46,392 bases of DNA, taken from contig JANMEB010000718.1 in NCBI GenBank assembly GCA_031376585.1, forward strand, positions 1 to 46,392, read 5' to 3'. The first letter of the stretch is position 1; each line of letters starts with the position of its first letter. This DNA comes from Planctomycetota bacterium. GTDB lineage: Bacteria; Planctomycetota; Planctomycetia; Pirellulales; Pirellulaceae. The translations under genes were made by a program, and so were the position numbers. Under the pieces are notes generated by a model. That model saw nothing but the letters and a program-made list of their open reading frames with translations. It searched no databases and was not told the origin of the DNA. Below are positions 8,668 to 15,930 of the stretch, piece after piece.

Positions 8668-8697
8668 GGGCTGCAAAGCAGCCCTTTCTCGTTGTTT
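8668..8697 (+). terminator. Terminator hairpin after mrp/apbC
   Basis: GGGCTGC-aaa-GCAGCCC followed by the T-rich tract TTTCTCGTTGTTT. Confidence 0.6.
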
Positions 8698-8698
8698 C

Positions 8699-8732
8699 AA
8701 AAAAAAATAGTTCTGATTTTGGTCAAAACTAT
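8699..8732 (-). terminator. Rho-independent terminator of the Lys-rich micro-ORF
   Basis: The minus strand reads ATAGTTTTGA-ccaaaa-TCAGAACTAT (10-bp stem with one G-U) followed by a U9 run. The stem overlaps the TAG stop. Confidence 0.8.
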
Positions 8733-8815
8733 CGTTTCTTCTTCGCGGCCTTCTTTGCCTTCTTAGCGCCGCCCTTTTTAGCGGGAGCTTTCTTTGCTGC
8801 TTTTTTCTTTGCCAC
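8729..8815 (-). CDS. 28-codon Lys/Ala-rich basic micro-protein (histone-H1-tail-like AKKA repeats)
   Basis: A GTG start sits 8 nt downstream of GGAGG (8824-8828). The translation is VAKKKAAKKAPAKKGGAKKAKKAAKKKR*, and a canonical terminator follows immediately. The 69-aa track ORF (to 8938) has no SD at its ATG. Confidence 0.55.
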   Translation of the reverse strand: MAKKKAAKKAPAKKGGAKKAKKAAKKKR

Positions 8816-9581
8816 AGTAACGTCCTCCGTAAAAAAACTGCTACGAGTGTTGCCTCGCTCGTCATGAGACGATGGCGTCACTCGCCAACCAAGACCGGGC
8901 ACCGGTTCACCGAACCGAAACCAACCACAGTAATTCATGCCTAACGATACGCGTTAGACCGGATAAGTCTTGGTTAACATCTATCCTCGGCAATAAATTT
9001 ACAGATCAGAAATAATTTTTCAACATGAGTTTGCATTTTTTTATGAATTAAGTCGGACATTCGACCGCGATCATACCCATCCGAACGATTGCGTCGCGAG
9101 CTAAAGGCAAAATTTCACTTGCGATAGCCAGGAATTATGTATGCAATAATTTGCTAAGCGATTTGCGTCGGCTAATGGGATGTCGTTGAGGTCGAATGGG
9201 GGTTGCAATCGCTTCGGATTCGCATCGAGCGATTAATACTTGCCGACGAAAGGGCGGTCGAAATGTCATCGGTGGTTTCTGTGGAGCTTTGTGATTCGGT
9301 TTTCGAATGCGTAAAACTTCGGAGTTTTAGCGATTGCCGAATCAATTAACCGGTTTGTCGGTCACTGGCCATAGTGGAGATACTTCCAATCGACGCTGTC
9401 CTGGTCGCGAATTCGATATTTTTGCTCGCTTAACCTGTTACCGTTCATTCCATTCGCTGTCAGATCAACTTCGCGCACTTTTGAAATTGGCATTCTTGTG
9501 AAGGGAGGCGTTTCAAAGCCGAATGACATCGGCATGAACCAAAAAGATTTTGCACCAACACGTCATCGAAAAATATTTTTG

Positions 9582-9597
9582 AAAATTTCGAAATTTT
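9582..9597. repeat. Perfect 16-bp AT-rich palindrome AAAATTTCGAAATTTT inside a cluster of TCGA-centred A/T motifs
   Basis: Read directly from the sequence. The neighbouring AAAAATATTTTT (9569-9580) is also a perfect palindrome, and TCGA cores occur at 9566, 9588, 9600 and 9609. Confidence 0.9.
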
Positions 9598-9687
9598 TTT
9601 CGATAATCTCGAATTTGACGAGCGCGATTTAGATTTTTAGGTTGCAACCCGGTCGAGCATGCAATCCGAGCTTCCAGTGGAGACTGC

Positions 9688-10515
9688 CTACCAAGGGCGT
9701 CTCCCGCCGCCGAATCCGCCGCCCCCGTTCATTTGCAGGGTTTGATAGTTGGTGATCGCCAAATGCGCAGAAAATAATCCGAGGATTAGCAACTGATTGG
9801 AAAAGCCGTATATCGCAAGTAGCCCAGCAACAACTATCGATGTCCACAAAGCCCATTTCATTCCGTTCCAAGGATTCAGCTCAATCGACACGTCGCGCAT
9901 GATTTGCCCGCCATCCATCGGGATGATGGGAAGCAAATTGAAGAGGTTCATGTAAATGTTGATTAATACAGTGATCTCGAAAAGCTCCACAAGGTAGTGG
10001 TTGCTGGCTATGCTTGACGTCGAAAGGACCAGCCAGGGGATTGGAAGCACGTTGAACAGCCAACCTATGAGAACTTGGCCTCCGAGAATTTTGCCAATTC
10101 CAATTACGGCGGCGGCCAACAAAAATCCTGCTAGGGGGCCGGCCGCGGAAATCATGACTTTGTTGCCGGTGGAATGTCGGCTGCGGCTGCTTATGCTCCC
10201 ACCGTCGGGAATGGCAAGGCCACCCATGGAATACAGCATGATTCTCGCTCGTTGCCCAACGGACTTCATTGCCAAAACGTGGCCGAGCTCATGGACAAAG
10301 ACGGAGACAAAAAAAACCAGGATAAAAATCAACATGAGGAAAATGTCGCCAGAATTCGCTCCCCACAACACGGGCAATAAAAAAAAGAATGGATGAATCC
10401 GGACCGGGATTCCGAAAAAAGTGAAATTGATGTCGTAATTGGTCGGCGAAGGTTCAGTTGCAAACACGATAAGCCCTTTCACGCGGTGGGGTCTGACGCA
10501 TTTTTCGGCCGACAT
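9688..10515 (-). CDS. Site-2 protease family (M50) membrane metallopeptidase
   Basis: It has the HELGH zinc motif in a hydrophobic segment, multiple TM stretches, an LLPIIPMDGG motif and a Gly-rich C-terminus. ATG at 10513-10515 avoids overlap with lpxB. The track ORF extends to 10701. Confidence 0.85.
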   Translation of the reverse strand: MSAEKCVRPHRVKGLIVFATEPSPTNYDINFTFFGIPVRIHPFFFLLPVLWGANSGDIFLMLIFILVFFVSVFVHELGHVLAMKSVGQRARIMLYSMGGLAIPDGGSISSRSRHSTGNKVMISAAGPLAGFLLAAAVIGIGKILGGQVLIGWLFNVLPIPWLVLSTSSIASNHYLVELFEITVLINIYMNLFNLLPIIPMDGGQIMRDVSIELNPWNGMKWALWTSIVVAGLLAIYGFSNQLLILGLFSAHLAITNYQTLQMNGGGGFGGGRRPW

Positions 10516-10655
10516 TCGACTCGATTGGAAATAATGCAATCCGAAAAATGGGTCTGACCCCCTCGAACCCAGGTTAGCGATTCTACGAACGGCGGTGGAT
10601 GGTGGGCAATCGTACAGCGCCGTTAGTTCGCCGGTAGTGCGCAAATGCGGTACGA

Positions 10656-11861
10656 CTAAGCGGCTTTGGTCCGTACGGCGTCGGATTCCAAAACGCGGCA
10701 AATGAATTCAGCAGTTCGTTGCGTTGCGCCGGGAACCGCGTGTTGTCTGGCAAGCTTGTCCAGCGTGGCGATGGTCGTCCCACGTGCTACGAAATCGTCC
10801 AGCCATAGCAAAACCCTTGCCGCAAGTTTCTCAGGGCAGGGGGAGGTCGCAAGATATTCCGGCATTGGGACGGGCTCGGCCCCTCGCGCATCGGGATCAA
10901 ACGTCCGCCATGAGTTGCGGCGAATATCGGAGGTCCAAAATAGATTGACGAGCGTGATATATTTGACCCGCATCAAAAGCTGCTTGAATAGCCAAGTCAA
11001 TCGTGTAATTCGAAAATAAATCACGGTTGGTTTTCGTTCCGCCAATAATTGTAACGAAACCGATCCAGAACAAGCGATGCAAACATGCGCCCCGTGAATT
11101 AGTTCGCGAGTCTTGCCGCTGTGAACGGCAACATTTGGCGAGACTTCGCTCGCTCGCTCGCGCACGAAGGCTGCTTGTTCGTCGCTGTAACAAGCGACGG
11201 CCACTGAGATCGACGGGTGTTTTTTGCGAACCAAATTCGCCGCGTGCAAAAAACAATCGGCGTTGGCTTCGACTTCCGCACGTCGTGAGCCGGGCAACAA
11301 GACGAGCCATTTTTCATCGGCATCGAATTGATCGAGAAACTTTTGGTCGAGCGGTTCTTCGCCGGCGTCATCAAAAAATGGATGGCCAACGTAGGTCGCC
11401 GCGCAGTTTCGCTCGGCATACCAAGCCGGTTCAAAGGGCAGTTGGCACAAGATGTAATCGACGAGCCGTCGCAATTTTCGCACTCGCCAGGGAGCCCAAG
11501 CCCATATCTGGGGCGCGCCATAATAGAAAACCGGAATGCCGAAACGCTTGGCGCGTCGAGCAATGCACCAGTTGAAGCCGGGATAGTCGATCAACACGAC
11601 GGCATCGACTTGGTTGTCGCGAAAGAATTGTGATGCTTGGCGGAGTAATCGCAAAAACGTCGGTAATCGCATCAGCACACGCAGAAAAAACATCAGGGCA
11701 AGCGGCGTCATGTCGTGCAGCAATCGGCAACCGGCTCGGGCCATCTTTTCCCCACCGAATCCGGTGCATTGAACATCTGGGCGCATCGCGCCCATTGCTT
11801 CCACTAGTCGCGCACCGTGGGCATCGCCGCTCGGTTCGCCAGCCGAAATAAAGAGATTCAT
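10656..11861 (-). CDS. lpxB: Lipid-A-disaccharide synthase
   Basis: It has the N-terminal ISAGEPSGDAHGARL signature of LpxB, about 400 aa and a GT-B-like layout. Confidence 0.9.
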   Translation of the reverse strand: MNLFISAGEPSGDAHGARLVEAMGAMRPDVQCTGFGGEKMARAGCRLLHDMTPLALMFFLRVLMRLPTFLRLLRQASQFFRDNQVDAVVLIDYPGFNWCIARRAKRFGIPVFYYGAPQIWAWAPWRVRKLRRLVDYILCQLPFEPAWYAERNCAATYVGHPFFDDAGEEPLDQKFLDQFDADEKWLVLLPGSRRAEVEANADCFLHAANLVRKKHPSISVAVACYSDEQAAFVRERASEVSPNVAVHSGKTRELIHGAHVCIACSGSVSLQLLAERKPTVIYFRITRLTWLFKQLLMRVKYITLVNLFWTSDIRRNSWRTFDPDARGAEPVPMPEYLATSPCPEKLAARVLLWLDDFVARGTTIATLDKLARQHAVPGATQRTAEFICRVLESDAVRTKAA

Positions 11862-12011
11862 TCGAAGTCCGTTTCGCGTTGCGGAATTGACTCATTCCAA
11901 AAGTTCGCGAGGGCAGACTGCTGCCACTGCCTAGCCGATCAGTATGATGGATGCCTGCAAAATCCCTCAAGATCAGAAGTCAGCTTTTGCTGTCTGGCCA
12001 ATTTTGGGTGC

Positions 12012-12040
12012 AAAAAAAGGGTCGCCCGAAAGGGCGACCC
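12012..12040 (-). terminator. Rho-independent terminator after the TRASH-like gene
   Basis: The minus strand reads GGGTCGCCC-tttc-GGGCGACCC followed by U7, about 35 nt after the stop at 12075. Confidence 0.85.
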
Positions 12041-12074
12041 GATGAATTAAGCATACTAGCGACTTACCGAATAA

Positions 12075-12617
12075 CTAACCGGCTTTTTTGGCCTTAGGAG
12101 CAGATTCCGTTGTATTGGATTTCTTTTCCTTCTTGTCGGCAGCAGCTTCGTCTTCAGCTTTGGCAAAGCCCTTTTCAAATGATTCGTCGCCAAAGACCAA
12201 TTTGGCCTTGGCCTCGTCGTCCTTTTCTCCGTTCACTTTCTTTACGCAGTTTTCGCAGCAAAAACTCACTTCGACTTCGCCGATTTTTACTTTTTGAGCT
12301 GCGTCAACATCTTCGCCACTGAATGGGCATTTGGTCTGAACGAATTGCTTGGTTTGAACCAATTGCTGATTCGCTTTCACAGCGAACTTCGCGGTATCCT
12401 TTTCAAAGTTGCCTTTGCATTTCGGGCAGCAGAAGTAAACTTCCGCATCGCGATAAGCAACGGCTTGTTCTTTCTTGACATCCTTCTTAGTCATCATGCA
12501 ACACTTGACCCCTTTCAAGTTATCGACGACGACTTTTTCGGCGTTCTTGGCGGCCGGTTCTTGTGGTGCGACCACAAGTGCGACGGCCATGACGGCCAAT
12601 AAAGTGATTTTCAACAT
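12075..12617 (-). CDS. Secreted protein with two TRASH/YHS-like Cys motifs (putative metal-binding)
   Basis: It has a signal-peptide-like N-terminus (MLKITLLAVMAVALVVA). There are two copies of C-x22-C-C-x2-C: KCCMM...YFCCPKC and KCPFSG...SFCCENC. The C-terminus is an acidic/Lys-rich tail. ATG at 12617 is preceded by GGAGGAG. Confidence 0.7.
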   Translation of the reverse strand: MLKITLLAVMAVALVVAPQEPAAKNAEKVVVDNLKGVKCCMMTKKDVKKEQAVAYRDAEVYFCCPKCKGNFEKDTAKFAVKANQQLVQTKQFVQTKCPFSGEDVDAAQKVKIGEVEVSFCCENCVKKVNGEKDDEAKAKLVFGDESFEKGFAKAEDEAAADKKEKKSNTTESAPKAKKAG

Positions 12618-12791
12618 TCCAATCTCCTCCAAAAGTGTTTTTTACGACTTGCTTGACTGAAGGCAGATTTTATCCTAACGGGTTGAATTGGGGAAATGGC
12701 CCAGCGTTTTTGGCCTGAAATCTGTGCTTGCAGTCTAGCTTGAGTGAGTTGAGACACAATTTTCGTTTGATTTTTGCGTCGAGCTACACGG

Positions 12792-14117
12792 TCACGCTTC
12801 CGTGTCGGAGTCTTTCCAAAAATCAGTTTGCGGTGCTTCCTGTTGATGTCGCGGTTCGTCAAGCGTGGGAGACAATAGAAACGCCAGAACGACCAAAACG
12901 TCTACCGAAATAAACGCTGGCTCAAATCCCCAGAGGTCGATAGCCCAGCCGACCAACGGTGCAAAGACAATCGCGGGAAGCGCCATCGCCAAATTCACAA
13001 CGCTTAAGTAATTCGCTTGATCATCGTGTGGGGCGATCTCAAGTGCGTAGTTGGTAATCACGCGAATCGTAATCGGAAATAGGCCCAACATCAGGAACAC
13101 TAGCCAAAATCCAGGCGGACCCAAATTCGGAAAATGACTCACACCCAACGCGAGTAGCGGCGTCAGCGAAAGCGCCAAAAGCAATCCGCGCATCGCCAAG
13201 CGATTTCCCAAGCGGTCTGCCACCCATCCGACCGGAATGCTGAACAATGTGACTCCAATGTTTTGTGCAATTAGCCAAGGCACAAGCTGTCCAAAGCCAA
13301 GTTCCAATCGGCCTCGTCCCAACGATTGATAATGCGGAAAAAGCGTGATCGCCATACCGTACAGTAACGAAATCGAAACCAGCCGCCGATAGTTATGGTT
13401 TCGCCAAGCGGTCCGAAACGCGTTTCGAATATTATTCAATGTTCCGGTTGAGATCGGTACATCGCTATCGCGGGGTTCGCGAACGCCGATCACAACGATG
13501 GCGGCGAAAATAAACATTAGCCCGGCGAAAATAAATATGTGAACAAAGTGAGTTCGACCGGCGCTCATCCACGGCCACAGCAAGAACCAAGCGCACAAAA
13601 TCGCGGCGATGCCACCGACCAAACTGGCTCGGGACATCAAGGCGCCACGGCGGTTGACCTTGACGAGCTTGGCGGAGAGCATCCCTAATGCGACTTGTTG
13701 CAGGCCAACCGCAACGAAGAATGCCGTGTACAGCGAGATAAAAATCCAAGTTAGCGTGCGCGGAAACGTCGGATCGAGCTGTTGCCACGCCACAGCCATC
13801 AGAATAAAGGTGATTCCCATAGCGACCGAGCAGGTCGCTAGAAACAGTCGCTTGCGTGGGAGGCGTCGAACCCATTCCGCGAAAAACAGAGGCGGAACGC
13901 TTTGGCCCAGGCGATTGAGCATGGGCAAACAGCCGCGGAGCCATGCGCCGCCGCCGAGCGTATCGAGAACCGCTGGCATCACGATGCTTTCGGTTTTGAA
14001 AATCCACCCGGTTCGCATGACGGCTTGATGAATGGCGAGCAAAAGAAAATTACGGCGTGTCGTCTCAGCAACAACAGTTCGATCTTCCGTGGTCGCGGCG
14101 GGTAGTGTCGTGGGCAT
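12792..14117 (-). CDS. MFS-type transporter
   Basis: It has about 12 hydrophobic segments and an MFS-like loop (LNRLGQS...RRLPRKR). The start is uncertain: ATG at 14117, or TTG at 14168 just 1 nt after the CYTH stop. Confidence 0.8.
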   Translation of the reverse strand: MPTTLPAATTEDRTVVAETTRRNFLLLAIHQAVMRTGWIFKTESIVMPAVLDTLGGGAWLRGCLPMLNRLGQSVPPLFFAEWVRRLPRKRLFLATCSVAMGITFILMAVAWQQLDPTFPRTLTWIFISLYTAFFVAVGLQQVALGMLSAKLVKVNRRGALMSRASLVGGIAAILCAWFLLWPWMSAGRTHFVHIFIFAGLMFIFAAIVVIGVREPRDSDVPISTGTLNNIRNAFRTAWRNHNYRRLVSISLLYGMAITLFPHYQSLGRGRLELGFGQLVPWLIAQNIGVTLFSIPVGWVADRLGNRLAMRGLLLALSLTPLLALGVSHFPNLGPPGFWLVFLMLGLFPITIRVITNYALEIAPHDDQANYLSVVNLAMALPAIVFAPLVGWAIDLWGFEPAFISVDVLVVLAFLLSPTLDEPRHQQEAPQTDFWKDSDTEA

Positions 14118-14169
14118 TTGAAAAAGCAGATGACGGCGAGGAATCGTTGAATTGCCGTAGGATATCAAT

Positions 14170-14736
14170 TTATGCCGGGCTACTGGAATTCGTGGCCAAG
14201 AGCATCTTCAAGTAGCTGCGCGACTCCGGCTCGCCGAGGTCCAATTCGTGCTGTAAGTCGATCACTAATTGTTTGGCTTGTCCCAAATCGTCGGCTTCAG
14301 CGATGAGTTCAATTTCGGCGAAGGTGCCCAATTGATCGACATCATCCAAACAAATTTCAATCGACCATCGGTCTTTGGACAAATGATAAACGTCGCGACG
14401 CTTCTTGACACAAGCCACGAACTGGAATCCAAGCCGATGGAGAATGGCGATTGCAGACTGCTCTGCGTTGGGACTGGGCGCCAGCGGCAATTCGATTTCT
14501 TCGCGAATTTTGATTCCCGTGTTGAAACGCGGCCCTTTGAAAGTCAGGCAAATCTCGCCGTTGGCATTGCGAATTCGCAGTGCTTCGTCCGTTTGCCGGA
14601 AATCGCGTGAAGGGTGATTGAAGTACGAATCGGAATGCGATTCCATTCCGCGATATTCCGCCCCGAGTGCTTCGATGCGCTGCCGCAAATGGGCTGGATC
14701 AGCGACACGGAATTTATTTTCAACTTCGAAAGACAC
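14170..14736 (-). CDS. CYTH-domain protein (CyaB class IV adenylate cyclase / triphosphate tunnel metalloenzyme family)
   Basis: It has the N-terminal EVENKF (ExExK) motif, later acidic/basic strand pattern (LRIR...EIELPL...FAEIELIAE), a GTG start and GAGG upstream. Confidence 0.8.
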   Translation of the reverse strand: MSFEVENKFRVADPAHLRQRIEALGAEYRGMESHSDSYFNHPSRDFRQTDEALRIRNANGEICLTFKGPRFNTGIKIREEIELPLAPSPNAEQSAIAILHRLGFQFVACVKKRRDVYHLSKDRWSIEICLDDVDQLGTFAEIELIAEADDLGQAKQLVIDLQHELDLGEPESRSYLKMLLATNSSSPA

Positions 14737-14751
14737 GACGCCTCGGTGCGG

Positions 14752-15921
14752 CTAAGACTTGTTTTCCAACGGAATTGGCCGCTGGTACAAATGATATTTT
14801 TTGTATGGCTCGACTGGAACAAAGCCTTGAATCGAACGAATCGAGCGGATGTTTTCCGAATCGACCCACGATAATTCCCACGCATCGTATTTTTTTGCGC
14901 CCAAATCGTCGTACACCTTTTTGATTAAGAGTCCCGCCAACCCGGAATGCCGATATTCAGGCATCACTCCGAGGCCAATGACTCGAAATCGTTTCGTCCG
15001 GCGTAGCCAATACAAAAGCTGAGGCATTCGTAGCCAATCCCAGGGGCCACGCGATCGTTGCAGCGCCCAATTCAAATCGGGCAACGCCATCAGGTAGCCC
15101 ACCAAACGGCCGTCGACTTCTGCGAGAAACGCATGATCAGGTTTCAAAATGCGTTTGAGCTGGACCACCATGTTGTCCAATTCCTCCGGAGTAAACGGAA
15201 CAAATCCCCAACCAGTGTTGCGGACTTCATCCCCCAATTCGTTGATGCGTCGAATGTCCGATTCCAGATCGTTTTCGTTGCCGGTGCGAATTTTTATTTG
15301 GGGGTACCGATCGCGAATCCGTTGACAAAGCGATTCGTAATCGTCCCAATTATTGCGATAAGATAGTCGGTCGTCTAAGGCCTGCATGGCAAGGGCCAAA
15401 AACGAACGAACGACTTCAAAGCCGCTTCCAAGCAAAAGTTCATGATAATAGCTCGGCGTGTGCCCCATCATGATATAGGGCGAGTACTGATTCCCCTCGA
15501 CCAAGACGCCGAAATCGCTCTTCATCGACGGATTGACCGGACCGCGGATTGCGTCGCAACCTCGCTCAGCAAGCCATCGCTGCGCCGCTGCCAACAGCAA
15601 CCGCGCGATTGCCGGATCATTTTCGCACTCAAAAAAACCAAAACAGCCGACCTTGTCGTTGTAGTGTTGTTGATGCAATCGATCGACAATCGCGGCGATC
15701 CGCCCCACAACACGACCGTCGCTGCGACAGAGAAAGGCTTGTCGCGAGGCGTGTTGGTAAAACGGATTTCGTTGATCGTCTAACTGCGCGAGACGTTGAA
15801 AATTCAGCGGTCGTACGTAACACGGGTCATCGCGATACAAGCGATCCTTGAACGCATGAAACTCGCGCCATTCAAGCTTGGACACGACGGGGCTTACGGC
15901 AAGTTGGCGTGCGGAGCCCAT
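14752..15921 (-). CDS. Two-domain GNAT-superfamily acyltransferase-like protein
   Basis: 389 aa. The C-terminal part carries a GNAT motif-A-like RHSGLAGLLIKKV. The N-terminal half also looks like an acyl-CoA N-acyltransferase fold (VVGRIAAIVD...GCFGFFEC). It starts 9 nt after the AOS stop. Confidence 0.7.
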   Translation of the reverse strand: MGSARQLAVSPVVSKLEWREFHAFKDRLYRDDPCYVRPLNFQRLAQLDDQRNPFYQHASRQAFLCRSDGRVVGRIAAIVDRLHQQHYNDKVGCFGFFECENDPAIARLLLAAAQRWLAERGCDAIRGPVNPSMKSDFGVLVEGNQYSPYIMMGHTPSYYHELLLGSGFEVVRSFLALAMQALDDRLSYRNNWDDYESLCQRIRDRYPQIKIRTGNENDLESDIRRINELGDEVRNTGWGFVPFTPEELDNMVVQLKRILKPDHAFLAEVDGRLVGYLMALPDLNWALQRSRGPWDWLRMPQLLYWLRRTKRFRVIGLGVMPEYRHSGLAGLLIKKVYDDLGAKKYDAWELSWVDSENIRSIRSIQGFVPVEPYKKYHLYQRPIPLENKS

Positions 15922-15930
15922 CGATTTGAA

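Noticed and set aside
8816-8938. Longer 69-aa version of the Lys-rich ORF, plus the opposite-strand Phe/Ala-rich ORF 8526..8867
   Set aside because: There is no SD at the upstream ATG, and the N-terminal 41 residues are not protein-like. The plus-strand FFAAFF ORF is simply the complement of the AAG/GCN repeats.
10516-10701. N-terminal extension of the M50 protease ORF overlapping lpxB
   Set aside because: It would overlap the lpxB 3' end by 46 nt and adds an Arg-rich non-membrane segment. The ATG at 10515 gives a typical M50 protein.
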